From assembly GCA_028534125.1 (NCBI GenBank), contig CM052817.1, positions 82,772,001 through 82,836,000 of the forward strand: DNA of 64,000 nucleotides, read 5' to 3'. Below the pieces are notes generated by a model that did no database searches, was not told the DNA's origin, and saw nothing but the letters and a program-made list of their open reading frames with translations. Each line of letters opens with the position of its first letter. Position 1 is the stretch's first letter. This document shows, one piece after another, positions 1-13,587 of the stretch. A program made the position numbers and the translations under genes. Source of the stretch: Lama glama (Eukaryota).

Positions 1-143
1 TGCCTTCTAGCAATCCCTCTGGCTTCCGACATACTGGGGTCTGAGGTATCAGAAATGAAGTCTTGCTAGCTGACAAGCCCTTTCAAGTGCACAGAATTTC
101 CGGTCCATTGTTCACTGCCTTTCTCATAAAGAAGAATGAATGT

Positions 144-187
144 ACTTCCTATATATAAGACACTGACTTCTTATATATAAGACATTG
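144..187. repeat. 22-bp tandem duplication (2 copies)
   Basis: acttcctatatataagacactg (144-165) followed by acttcttatatataagacattg (166-187), 2 mismatches. Confidence 0.9.
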
Positions 188-257
188 ACTTTCCTTAAAT
201 ATTTGTAAAAGGATTATAAATATTTATTTGTAAATATTTAAGGAAAGTCAATGTCTT
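179..257. repeat. Perfect 26-bp inverted repeat with 27-bp spacer
   Basis: aagacattgactttccttaaatattt (179-204) is the exact reverse complement of aaatatttaaggaaagtcaatgtctt (232-257). Confidence 0.95.
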
Positions 258-640
258 GAGCCTTGGCTTCCCTAGAAACAAAATCTGAAAACCGAGATCA
301 TGCACAAGTGATTTTTAGGAAGTGATAAGAAAGTCCATAAAGGAATAAGGAAAACAGGATAGGAAAGGGTAAAGAGCTAGGTACACATGCTTTCTCAGGA
401 AAGATTAGCTTTAGGAGTATAACATGGGGGCCTTGGAGAGTAAATTGCACTGCAGAACTGTCCCTGCATCTTATAACCCTTGTATCAGTCGTTAATTTTC
501 TGCAGTTTGCTCAGGGAAGAAATGTGATTTCCCAGGCAAGATAGCTGAGGGCAATTCTCCCAAAGAGAAGGCAAACATAAGCTGTGAACTGTTAGCAGCC
601 AACATAATCATCAACTAGAGAATAGTAAAAAATTTAGTCT
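252..640. mobile_element. Ancient ERVL-class LTR (LTR16/LTR33-like), degenerate
   Basis: tgtc..ggcttccctagaaacaaaatctga..gcacaagtgatttttaggaagtgat and gagggcaattctcc..gctgtgaactgttagcagccaaca resemble recalled LTR16/LTR33 consensus motifs. Confidence 0.6.
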
Positions 641-879
641 AGTAGAGAATGACCTGATAGGGTACAAATCACATTTACTACAGACAGTAACATGAAAGAA
701 ATATATCAAGACAAAAATTTTAGATTTACTGCTGACTGGATGAGAAATAACTGAGGAAAAAAGAGAACTTGGATACGTCTACTAATTATTCATCTTCAAA
801 AGATCTGAGGTTTTTCTTTAAAATAGCATTCTGCTTTTGTTTAACTAACTGAAAAAAGATTACTTACCAATAATCATTA

Positions 880-1730
880 TAAACTCAGTGTAGTGGCAGG
901 GTAGTGTAGGGGGAATAAATAAATAAGACAAAAAATAACTAAGTCCCTAGAAAGTCACCAAAGGCACACTGGCATTGAACAGAATACAGCAACTCAAAGG
1001 AATAGTAGGTGAGGTCAACATCTAACCAGATTTTTCCCAGAGGGCATTATCAGTTACCCGGTTCAAGTCCCAAGCTGACAAATGGCAACCTTAAAGAGCT
1101 AAGCCTTCAGAAGTCAGAGTTCTAAACTGCCAGGAGGCTAGAGGGAATCACAGTTGAGGAGAGCCCTAAATTCCCCGTGTAAATTTCACTCAAATCCTCT
1201 GGTGATCTCCAAAATGCTTCTGCATAAGACAAGAATCCAAGAAAATTCACAGAAAGCAGTATTTGGAAGGTTAACTATCTTGAGTAGAAAATGTAAAAAC
1301 CACAAGGAAGACATCACTTGGAGGCCTGCTGAGTTAGAGTGGCTTACGAAGCACATCACATTTTCCACTGAAACTCTAGAACGGCTATGCCTCAGGAACA
1401 AAACTCATACTTAATGGCCAAGATATATGATCTAGGATTAAGGTCACAACTACCTCAAAAATGCTGAAAACCAAACTTCCAGAAGATCCTGGTAATCCAC
1501 TCATTTCCATTCCTTGTTTGGGCAAAACTAAATACTATGTAGAGGGAAGATAAATTCAAGAGTTTCTATAATGTATACCCTACAATGCCTGGTTTATAAA
1601 ATAAAATTTAATACACACATCAAATAGCAAAACATATGAATCATAATCAAGAGAAAAACCAGACAACTTAAGTGGATCCACAGATCAATCTGTCACTCAG
1701 CAATTAAAAATAACTTTGTAAACATGAGAC
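880..1730 (+). mobile_element. Old L1 (L1MC/L1ME-type) 5' region and ORF1 start, degenerate
   Basis: tacaatgcctggtttataaaataaaattt..aatcataatcaagagaaaaaccagacaac..gatccacagat matches the pre-ORF1/ORF1 start of ancient L1M families; similar to 62850-62970 in this window. Confidence 0.6.
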
Positions 1731-1738
1731 AAAGTATT

Positions 1739-1767
1739 ACACACACACACAAACACACACACACACA
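1739..1767. repeat. (CA)n microsatellite
   Basis: acacacacacacaaacacacacacacaca. Confidence 0.95.
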
Positions 1768-1839
1768 AAGGTCATTATAATGGGTTAAATAAGAGGTAAT
1801 GTTAAAGTAGGTATAAACAATTACCTTCCCTGACAAAAC

Positions 1840-1872
<33 letters not shown>
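1840..1872. repeat. (CAA)n microsatellite
   Basis: about 10 consecutive caa units. Confidence 0.95.
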
Positions 1873-2499
1873 AAACAGAACAAAACCAAACTAAACCACA
1901 CACAAAAACTTGCCAGTTTAACTTTTGGAGAAAACGCCACCACAATTTTAAGATAAACTCAAGTATGCTCTATCCAGCCTCTAGGGAAAGCAGCCCAGGC
2001 TCTTTCATGAGAGTTCTAGACTTCCTGCTCTGCTTGCTTTTCACAAAGGTTCAATCTTAAGTACTATTTATGTTACAATATCATATTAGACAGATTCCAA
2101 AACCAGCTACAGCGCAAAGGATGGTCTGCTGTAACTTCCAGAAATGTGCAAAATATGTTCAAGGGAATGCAAAAAAAAACCCATGAAATCTGGTATTTTC
2201 CAATTTTCATTCTACAAAACAAGATACTCCACACAATTAATAATGTAAAACATATTAATAACAACACCTGGTACTGAGACCAATCTGCCATGTGCTCACG
2301 TTGATTCGCTCTAAGTACGGAGTTTTAGCAACCCCATGGAATGATTCCCACCATTTTACGCTTCATTTTAAAAACAACATAATAATACCATGGCATTCTG
2401 ACAATTACTCCTTCAGAAATATCATCCATAACAAGAAGATTGTCAAGATAAATATAAACAAAACACTAAGTGCACTAATAAAACAGGTTTAAAAGGAAC

Positions 2500-3450
2500 A
2501 TGGATAGTTGATTAATAAATAAAACTAAATATCATCCTTATTTACTAGCAATTGCCACAGTAAAAATACTGAAAAAATCAAGTATTAGCAATAGCAAGCA
2601 TTTATCTTCTATTTAGATATAAACTTCATGAGAATTGGGTTAGAACAAAGAAAGTTACACATTCTAATGGAAAAAATGTAAATAAATTGTTTGTAAAGGA
2701 AGAGACATACTCTGCCCTTAGCTGGAAATATTAAGTGCTATAGAAATATCTGTTCTCATCCAGTTAATTTATCAATTTAACATATGTTAAATTAAAATCC
2801 CAATAGAATCTTAAAGGACTTACATAATACTTAAATGCAGGAGATGTAAGAAGTCGAGAATATTAAATTTCATTCTGTACATGAATAAACTGTGTTACGT
2901 TAGATAAAAAGGAGGTAAGAATGATGAGAGGTGACCTACCTCGTATCATGACCTACTTTAAATATTTAAAACCAAATCATACCATGTCAATAGGGAAACA
3001 AAGATGAATAAATTTGTGAGTTTAAATACATATACAATTTTTTCATAATATTTTACCAAATCATGAGTAAATTTTGAAAGAAAAGAATAAACTGCAAGAG
3101 TCAAAATTAATAAATCCCATTAAAAACTCCTGATAGCGATGTAAGGGGGGAAACATATATGTTAAACTATAAAGACTTGTAAGGAAGAGATGAATTATAA
3201 AAAGTTAAAAACTCAAATGACCGAAGAAAAGAAATTCTAATATTTCTTACCTTGCTGAAGAAACAAAATTTCTTGGTTTATGAAGCAGAATAAAACAAAA
3301 ATAATTGATTGAAGAACATTCAATGTATATTTTTGACTTCCTTAAAAAACAAAAAAAGAACATGTTATCTATGCCACAGCCTTGGGAGGATATATATGCA
3401 TTACATAATTGACATGAGGTATACATGCATACATTAGTATGTAAATACGT
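2500..3450 (+). mobile_element. Highly degraded L1 ORF2 3' remnant
   Basis: A-rich strand with weak L1 ORF2 motifs (aatttatcaatttaac..attaaaatcccaatagaat; gggaggatatatatgca..ataattgaca). Confidence 0.35.
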
Positions 3451-5869
3451 TTATTAATTTGTTAATAGTTTATTAATATAAACCATTCAGGAAGAAAGTA
3501 ACAGTAAACATCTTACTGCACAACTTTTCATAGACAAAATATTAAATATTAAAATAAAGGCTTTTTGAAAGAATATTCTTATTTGTAACTATTAGACTAT
3601 TTTTGAATGTCTATTTTTCCATTTAAAAGTTTTCAAATTCCTCTATGAGATATACTACTGAGATAATAATGAGCAGATGGCTCAATAAAGCTAGCCAAAC
3701 CTTAGTCTAAGTTAAATGCTATGTGTGGATGAATTTTTACAAAATGATTAGATGAATTATGAGAGGCCAATATTGAAATGCAAGTGGCAAAGCATTTCTA
3801 AATCTAAATAGGTCCATGATATATAAGAATCAAGCTGCTGTATGATAGTGAGTGCAATGTCTCAGTATTTCCATGCTTTACTTTATGAAGCATAATTATT
3901 GTGAAATTGTGAAGTGTGTAAAATGTTGAGTATCACAATGTATCTTTAATTACAAAAATGTAGATTTGGTTTATAAACAGTTCTCTGCTAAGATAACTAT
4001 GGAGGACTTTAAATTCTATCTTTCTGAAGTAGATGAATTAATGTTACTATGGGAATTTTAACTTTGGAATTTCCTGACTCTTGCATGCTTAATTTCTCTC
4101 TGTTAATGTTCCAATACCAGATCTGAATGACTGCGCACCATGGATATTTCTGTCTGCTCAAGATGTTTCTATGATGCAACATTTAACCTTTAAAAAAATA
4201 TTTGAGAGTGCAGATCTGGAAAAGCAGAAACAAAGAGAGTTAAGTTCTGCTGATTTGCAGCAAATCTCCTTATTAATAGTTGGATGAGGAGGTGGAAAGG
4301 AATAAATGACTCCAGTAGTGACAGAAGGTGGAGATATGACAGAAAATTAATGATTATACATGTAAAATGTGTGAAAAAAAAAAACTCAGACTGTGAAGGA
4401 AATGTCCAAATGATCCAACTTAATGATCAATATCTGAGATAAAAACAGAGAACATTATTTTAATAAGCTTTCACTGACTTAAACAAAACAAAGCAAAAAG
4501 CACCTTTAGAGATCATTTATATGCACCTAAAGGTAAGTGCCAGAATGAGGTCTGATGCTGATAGTACCCAGGAGAGATTTTGGAATGTCAGTGTCCCTGC
4601 CTCACAAAGGATCTGGCATAAGCAACAACATGTGAAGGTGCTTTCCTGTGTACACATACAGCTGGTTTTCTGCTTAATCATTTAAACCAGGAAAGTGGTA
4701 GAAAGGTATCATTATGGTTCGTCATATTTATAACAGACCCTCATGTTTGGAGACTATGGTGGCTAGCTGGAAACATTATATTTTTAACGACTGGGGCTCA
4801 TAAGAGTTTTCCTTCACCCTGATCAGGCCTTTGGAGGGATCCTAGGACAATTGTACATGACAGACACCATTTATAGTGTTTGATGATACCAGTGCGGGCT
4901 CCCTGATGCTTACTGGGCCAACTCCTCCTCTTAATGGGCACCATTTCTCCTTCCGTCCAGTCCTGTACACTTAATACGTATACATAATTCCTCTCTCTTT
5001 CCCAATCATCATTCACCGATGGAGAAAAGTTGAATAGGTATCTCAAAGCAAGGAAAATGTGTTAGGATTCAAGATACCAAAGTTTGTGGTGTGATAAGAA
5101 AATGTTCATTCCTAAAAAGTATTCATAAAGTTTTAAATACTTTTTATTTTTACTTTTCATCCAGCCTGTTTCCTGACTTTAATATACGGAGAGTTGAATT
5201 GAATTGTTAATGAAAAATAAAGAAGTGTTTGTGTGCGTGTGCTGTATTACAGTGAATTAAAATGAGGTTTTAAATGCTGAAAAATGCTTGACCATAAGTT
5301 CTAACAAGTAACTTTAGAATCTGTTTTGTTCAAGTGGAATAGATAACTGCTGAGTTTTATCACCAAACCTGCCCTAATAACCAAAAGAGAAGTGACTTGA
5401 TTAAAAAATATTTTAGTCATGACTGCCATATAAGTATTTACTGAAGAGCCACTGGGCTCACAAAATAGAAATACAGACTGACATCCTTTGCTGCTATTGA
5501 CTTAAAATAATCTAGGCAAAAGCTACAGCAGGCGTTAACATACATCGGTAACTGAATGTCTGTTTACTCTGTCTAAACACAACAGTGAAGGAGGCGATGA
5601 GTGCTTGTCATGTCCCCTCGCTGCTGTTCTGGAAAGTCACCTCTCCCTTCAGATATGACAGATGCCCAATTGCCTAGTGATTTGCTCTTTCAATCAGAGG
5701 CCGAGCCTTCCCTGTTTGCTTCTGCAGCACAGCGGCACATGCTTTTGGACTCCGCACTGCTCCCTTCTCCTCTCATCATACTCATATAATTAAATATTAA
5801 TCATATATTCTACCCTTTATTTCAATTACTGATACATATTTGAAAAAAATCAATTTGAAAAAAAATCAA

Positions 5870-6450
5870 TCATTCCTAGAATTTTAAGTTAGGTGGAAGA
5901 GGAAATATATATGTATGCAAATAACTATAACAAATTAGAAAATGAGATGAAAGACACTGCTAAAAACTGAAGGACAAGGAAGTACCAGCAAACCAGAGAT
6001 AATAAAAGATGCGCTAAAAGCAGAGAAAGCAAAATTAAAAATACGGAGGCAGAAAGATTCAAGATATACATGGGGAATATCAGTTAGGTTGGTCTAGAAA
6101 GGTGGTTGAGGGTAAGTAGTCAAAGTGTGCCCATTAGAGTACTCTGGTTTAAAATCATGAAAAGCCCTGAATACTACTGTGAAGAATGTAGGCATCTTCT
6201 ATCGGCAAAGATAGGCAAGAGTTTGGGGGCAAGGGGTAGACATGATTAAATTCATAATTTAGTAAGATTATTCTGGAAAACAGTGCTAATTAATTTGAAT
6301 ATATAAACAAAATAATTGCTATTAAAATATTTTATAACAATTTTGGTAACAGCTAAACTGAACATCTGAACTAAGTTACTAATGTTAGAAAAGAAAAGTG
6401 TGAGATGAATGTGAGAAAAATTCAAAAGGCAAATTTAAAGACAGAAACAC
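5870..6450 (-). mobile_element. L2 LINE fragment
   Basis: aaatcatgaaaagccctgaatac..gacatgattaaattcataattt..agtaagattattctgg, typical of antisense L2. Confidence 0.55.
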
Positions 6451-6499
6451 AGGAGAGTTCAATGACCTTCAGAGTATCCCACTAACTCCCTGTGTGACT

Positions 6500-6645
6500 T
6501 ACCATAAAACCTACGAGGGCAGGACAATATGGGGTTTTATTTTATATTTTATTACTTGTTTGTTTATTGTTGTGTGATTCCCCACTACCTAGAAGATCAC
6601 CTGACACATAGCAGGTAATCAACAAAAAACCATGGAATAAATTAA
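6500..6645 (+). mobile_element. L2 3' end
   Basis: cctacgagggcaggac..ccccactacctagaagatcacctgacacatagcaggtaatcaacaaa resembles the L2 3' terminus. Confidence 0.7.
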
Positions 6646-7279
6646 TCTAAATCATCTTGTTATCAATGAAGGATACTAAAAAAAACTAGGTCTTTTTCAA
6701 ACACAGAATGTTCTTAATTATAACCTAATTTTCAAATCTTTAGTCAAATGATTCAAATAAATTAATTATTGTCCAAAAAAGATGATATTGAGAGCAACTA
6801 CAAGGCACTATTTTCATCACCATGACACAAAATAGATAATTTATCCATTTTTTTCTTGTTCTTTAATCTATTGGAAATTTACATTCTATTTGGAGATTAA
6901 TAAAACATTTTTATTTAAAGTAGTTTATAAAGTAGAAATCTTAAGGATAAATATTAGTAAGTATTTGAAGAAACACATCATAAGTTCCATGAGGCAGACA
7001 GTTCAAGTTAGAGTGTTTGAATCAAGTAGGCGTAGCTAAGTTTCTTTACTTCCATAGTCTCCAGGACACATTTCCCTAATGGTGATCATAAATCAACCTT
7101 CTTCCCTAAACAAAAGCTGAGGGAAGTCATACTTATGACACTATTTTCCTTCTGCTTTAATTATCATTTTATTAAAGCTTTTATTTAACCTTGAGTGGTT
7201 AAAAGAAATTTAAGGGACAAATTTCAAAGGAGTTATAAAAAAATGTCAAAACTTAATCTCTTGGATTAGTGTGGAGGGT

Positions 7280-10200
7280 AAGAAAAAAGGCAGACTGGAA
7301 ACCCAGCTTTTGTGTACCGCCACAAAAGTCAACAACTGGATTGATCCCATAAACAAAAACAGCTCCAAAAGACCTCTAGAGTCCACTTAGGAAAGTTTAG
7401 CAACACTTTAGAGCAAAACAACAACAAACAAAACCTGGGAATAAGGACAGAAGAGGTAAGAAGAGAAGGAAGACAACTTCATTTTGCCTGCATCATCCCA
7501 TCCCCCAAGCGGGCTTGTTTGGCACCAAAAAGGAACTTCCTAGCTCAGAGCTCCTCTCACCAGGGAGGGAAGAATGGAGTGAATGACTGGCTTCTCCACC
7601 CCCGTGGGGGCACTGCACAAGGACCCATTTTGGTTTCACCTCACACAGACTGGCACAGCTGAGACACACTGAGCCAGCTTGGAACAGGAAAAAAGGCAGA
7701 GCCTATTTTTATTATTAGCAAACGTGAAGCAGGAGTGATCACAGTTCATGGAGACCAGCTCTGTAACAAACTCAGCAGATTCTGGCAGTGATGAAGCCAC
7801 AGCCAGGACCGCTGCCATGGACCTCCTATAAATCTGGCCAGCTTTCCCCATGCAGGTATTTGCCATCACTGACACCAGCTGCTTGCGTCTCCCCCAACCC
7901 CCACCAAAGCCAGGAAGCCCCACTTGCAGCCAGCTCAGGCTTCTGCAGTTGTGCAAGTGCAAGACACCAGCCTGGGCCACCTGGGCTGACTCCCACCACT
8001 GCGCCCATGCTTGCAGCTAACCTCTCCAGCTACGCAGCTGCAGGCTACTGGCCTGATGCCCTCCATGGGCAGCTACTGCAGCACACACGCACACAGGGAG
8101 AGAGTGCAGCCGTGGGTGAGCACATCACTAGCTGGGGCCCCCACGGCTGCTTGCAGGCCAGATCAGACCCCACCTTCTGTTACTGGCCAGCACCATCACA
8201 ACAATCTGAGACTAGCCCCTCTAGTGGTGCCCAACCTGCTGCAGTGTGCACACTGGGTAGGTGTATATAGTCACAGGAGAGCTCACTGTCAGCCAGGGCC
8301 TCTGCAGCTGCTTATGAACCCATGGCTGGCCACTGCCCTTGACCCCTGCCCTGGCTCTCATCACTACGGGTATGTCTGCAGATGGCTCCTGATGTAGTCA
8401 AAGGAGCAGAAAGAAAAAAAAATGAAAAGGAATGAAGAGAGCCTAGGGAACTTACGGGACACCATGAAAAAAATATAATGTAACCATCACTGGAGTTCCA
8501 GAAGGAAAAGAAAGGGAGAAAGGAACAGAAAGAAATAATGGCTAAGAACTTCCCAAATCTGGGAAGAGATTTAGATACCTAAATTCATGAAGCTTATAGT
8601 TCACCTCGAAATTTCAATCAATAACGATCTTCTCCAAAGTACATAATAATGAAATGACTAAAAACAGAGACAAAGAGAGAATTTTAAAAGCAGCAAGAAA
8701 ACAAATCTCTCACACAAGGGAGTACCCATAAGGCTATCAGTCGATTTCTCAGCAGAGGCTATGTAGCCCAGGAGAGAATGGGATAAGACAGTTAAAGTGT
8801 TAAAAGAAAGTGCCAACCAAGAATACTTTACACAGCAAAGCTGTCCTTCAGAATTGAAAGTGAAATAAAGATGTTCCCTAAAAAACAAAAGCTAAGAGAA
8901 CCCATCACCACTAACCCTACCTTTTCTGAAATGCTGAAAGGAGTTCTTTGAGCTGAAGTAACAAGATGCAATTTAGTAATACGAAAATATACAACACACT
9001 GGTAAAAAAAAGCATAAAGTCATGGTATGTTTACTACTTAACTCTAGTATAAAGGTTAAAGGACAAAAGTATCAAAAATAGCTCCAACAATTTGTTAAAT
9101 GATACACAATATAAAAAGATGTAAATGGTGACATAAGAAATATAAAATTGGAGGGGTAAAAGGATAGACTTTTTTGGTAAGTGATAGATGTTAAATTGCT
9201 AACAGCATAAGCAGACTGTTTTATTTATTTATATATAAATATATATGTAATATAAACCTCATGGGAACCACAATGCAAAAATTTACCAAAAATATACAAA
9301 AAAACAGAGAAAGGAATCAAAGCATACTCGTTAACAAAAAGATCAGTTAACAAAAGAGGGCAGCAAGGAAAGAAAGAAAGAAAATGGAACTACGTAACAG
9401 CCAGAAAGCAGTAATATGATACTAGTAAGTCCTTACCTATCAAAAATTACTGTAAATGTTAATGGACTGAATTCTCCCATCAAAAGGTACAGAGTGGCTG
9501 GATGGATTTAAAAAAAGAAGACCCAAAGGTACGCTGCCTACAAGATATACTACAGCTTTAAGTTTCATACATAGGCTCACAGTGAAAGGATGACAAAATA
9601 CATTCCATGCAAGTAGAAACCAGAAGAGAGCAAAGGTAATTATACTTGTATCAGATAATATAGACTTTAAGCTGCAATGACAAGATAAATAAAAGGGTCA
9701 TTATAAAATGATAAGGGGGTCAACTTATCAAGATATAACAATGATAAATATATATGCACCCTACATTTAACAGATCTGAAAGGAGATCTGGGCAACAATA
9801 CAATAATTGTAGGGGATTTCACTATTCCACTTTCAACGATGGATAGATCATCCAGACAAAATAAAAAAGGAAACATTGGATTTGAACCATACTTTAGATC
9901 AAATGTAAATACCACACATATACAGAGCATTCCATCCAACAGCAGCAGAATACACATTCTTCTCAACTGCATACAAAACATTCTCCAGGATAGATCACAT
10001 GACAGTTTACAGAGTAAGTCTTAGCAGATCTAAGAGAACTGAAATCATACCAAGTATCTTTTCTGACCACAATGGTATGAAAGTAGAAATCACTAATACA
10101 ACAAAGGCTCAAATATTTACAAATAGTGGAGATTAAACAACATCCTGGACAACCAATGAGCCAAAGAAGAAATCAAAGGGGAGTCAAGAAATACCTTGAA

Positions 10201-13087
10201 ACAAATGAAAATGGAAGCACAACATATATCAACATATAGGACACCACAAAGCAGTTCTAAGAGGAAAGTTTTTAGCGATAAACATCTACATTAAGAAACA
10301 AGTGAGAACTCAAATAAATGGCCTCATTTTATATCTCAAGGAACTAGAAAAGAACAAACTTAGCCCAAAGTTAGCAGAAGTAAGGAAATAACAAAGATCA
10401 GAGCAGAAACAAAAGAAAGAGAGATCAGAAAAACAATAAAAAGGGTAAATGAAACTAAGACCTGGTTTTTTGAAAAGATAAAGTTGACAAATATATTACT
10501 AGACTAAAATAGAGAATACTCATATCATAAAATCAGAAACAAAAGAGGAGACATTACAACTGATGCCCACAAAGGATCATGAGAGACTACTACACACAAT
10601 TATATACCAATAAGTTGGATATCTGAGGAGAAATGGATACATTCCTAGAGATATACAACCTACCAACACTGAATCATGAAGAAATAGAAAGCATAATCAG
10701 ATCAGTAACAAGTAAGGAGATTGGGTCAGTAATCAAAAAAGCTCCCAACACAGAAAAACTCAAGACCAGATGAGTTCACCTGTGAATTCTATCAAACATT
10801 TTAAGAATTAATGCCAATCCTTCTCAAACTCTTCCAAAAAACTGAAGAAGAGGGGATATTCCCAAACTCATTTTACAAGGCTAATCTTGCCCTGATATCA
10901 AAGCCAGATAAAGGTACTACAAAAAAAGAAAATTACAGAACAGTGTCCCTAATAAATATAGACATAAAAATTCTCAACAAAATATTAGCAAACCAAATTA
11001 AACAGCACATTACAGGGATCATTCACCACCATCAAATGGGATTTGTCCCTGGGAGGCAAGGATGTTTTGATATAAGCAGATCAATAACTGTGATATAACA
11101 CATTAATGGAATTAAAGATTTAAAAAATCATATGTGCATCTCAATAGAAGCAGAAGAAAACATCTGACAAAATGCAATGTCCTTTTATGATAAAAAAGTT
11201 CAACAAACTGAATATAGAAGGCACATATCTTAACACAGTAAAGGTCATATATGACAAACTCAGTCAAAAATCATACTCAATGGTGAAAGATTGAACGTTT
11301 TTTCTCTGAGATCAGAAACAAGACAAGAATATTGACTCTTGCCACCCCTATAAAACACTGTACTGGATATCCTAGTCAGAACAATCAGGCAGGAAAAAGA
11401 AATAAAGACATCCAAATAAGAAAGAAAGAAGTAAAACTGTCTTTGTTTGAAGGTGATATGATCTTATATAGAGCAAACTAAAGACTCTACTAAAAATTGC
11501 TAGAGCAAATCAAATTCAGTAAAGTTTCAGGATACAAATCAACATATAGAAAACAGTTGAGTTTCTACACACTAATGACAAAATATCTGAAAAAGACGTT
11601 AAGAAAACTATCCCATTCATAGTGGTACCAAAAATAATAAAATACTTAATAATAAATTTAACCAAGGTGAAAAATCTATATACTACAATACTTTCATAAA
11701 AGACACTGAAGAAGACACAAATGAATGGAAAGACATCCCATGTTCATGGTTAGGAAAAGTTAATATTGTTAAAATGTCCATGTTACCCAATGCCATCTAT
11801 AGATGCAATCTTGACCAAAATTCCAAAGGTGTTTTCCAGGGATGGAGACAATAATCCTAAAGTTTATAATGGGAGCTACGAAAGACCCTGAATAGCCACA
11901 GCAATCCTGAGAAAGAATAACAAAGCCAAAGTCATCACACTTTCTGATTTCAAGCTCCATTACAAAGCTATAATATCCATAACAGTATAGTAATGGTGTA
12001 AAAATAGACACACAGACTAATGTAACAGAAAGAAGAGCATAGAAATAAACCCTACTTATATGTTCACCTAATATTTGACTAGGGAGCCAAAAATACTCAA
12101 TTGAGAAAGGAAAGTCCTTTCAGTGAATGGTGCTGGAAAAACTAGATAGCGACATGAAGAATGAAATTGGAAACCTCTTACATCACTCACAAAAATGAAC
12201 TTGAAATGTATAAAAGACTTAAAGACCTGAAGCCATAAAACTCCTAGAAGAAAATATAAGGAGAAAGCTCCTTGACGTTAGTCTTGGCAGTGATTTCCTG
12301 GATAAGACACCAAAAGCACAAATAATAAAAACAAAAAAAGTGGGACCACAACAAACTAAAAAGCTTCTGCACAGCAAAAGAAACAAACAAACTAAAATAT
12401 CCCCTTTTTAAGGGATGGAATGAGAGAAAATATTTGCAAACCATACATCCAGTAAGAGCTTAGTGTCCAAAACATGTAAAAAGTTCATACAACTCAACAG
12501 CAAAATAAATAAACAATCAATCTGATTTTAAAAGGGGCAAAGGAAATAAATACACAATTTTCCAAAGAAGACACACACAAATGGCCAACAGGTAAGTGAA
12601 AATGTGCTCAACATCACTAATCATCAGAGAAATGCACATCAAAACCACAATGAGATATCATCTCACACCTGTTAGAATGGCTATCATCAAAATACAAGAG
12701 ATAACAAAGGTTGGTGGCGGTGTGAAGAAAAGGCAGCCCTTGTGCACTTACTGATAGGAATTTAAGTTGGTATAGATACTGTAGGAAACAGTATGAAGTT
12801 TCCCCCCAAAATAAAAAATAGAAATATCAAACGATGCAGGAATCCCAATTCTGGCTAAATATCCAAAGAAACTGAAATCAGGATCTTTACAGACATATCC
12901 ACACTCCCACATTCACTGCAGCATTATTCACAATAGCCAAGATACGAAAACAACACAAGGGTCTGTCCATGGCTAAATGCATAAAGATGTGATATAAATA
13001 TATGTAAATAATAAATATTATTTTTATTTATGTATCTATGTATACAATGGAATATTATTCAGCTGTGAGAAAGAAGGACATACTGCC
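7280..13087 (+). mobile_element. Near-full-length LINE-1 (5'UTR about 7280-8395, partial ORF1 about 8396-9000, ORF2 about 9416-13087), inactivated by stops/frameshifts; 3' end runs into the gap
   Basis: ORF2 start atgatactagtaagtccttacctatc..aatgttaatggactgaattctcc; EN peptide MDRSSRQ; RT peptide [52 protein letters not shown] (10811-11098); C-terminal YTMEYYSAVRKKDIL; GC-rich 5'UTR. Confidence 0.97.
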
Positions 13088-13587
13088 NNNNNNNNNNNNN
13101 NNNNNNNNNNNNNNNNNNNNNNNNNNNNNNNNNNNNNNNNNNNNNNNNNNNNNNNNNNNNNNNNNNNNNNNNNNNNNNNNNNNNNNNNNNNNNNNNNNNN
13201 NNNNNNNNNNNNNNNNNNNNNNNNNNNNNNNNNNNNNNNNNNNNNNNNNNNNNNNNNNNNNNNNNNNNNNNNNNNNNNNNNNNNNNNNNNNNNNNNNNNN
13301 NNNNNNNNNNNNNNNNNNNNNNNNNNNNNNNNNNNNNNNNNNNNNNNNNNNNNNNNNNNNNNNNNNNNNNNNNNNNNNNNNNNNNNNNNNNNNNNNNNNN
13401 NNNNNNNNNNNNNNNNNNNNNNNNNNNNNNNNNNNNNNNNNNNNNNNNNNNNNNNNNNNNNNNNNNNNNNNNNNNNNNNNNNNNNNNNNNNNNNNNNNNN
13501 NNNNNNNNNNNNNNNNNNNNNNNNNNNNNNNNNNNNNNNNNNNNNNNNNNNNNNNNNNNNNNNNNNNNNNNNNNNNNNNNNNNNNNN
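13088..13587. other. Assembly gap (500 N)
   Basis: Run of exactly 500 n. Confidence 1.

Noticed and set aside
2073..2440. Minus-strand ORF MADWSQYQVLLL.. and nearby CpG-retaining segment
   Set aside because: No recognisable homolog, weak splice signals (CAG|GTGTTG), and stops in the upstream frames.
7636..8397. Cluster of overlapping 60-160 aa ORFs
   Set aside because: They lie in the GC-rich L1 5'UTR, where stops are rare; no recognisable protein.
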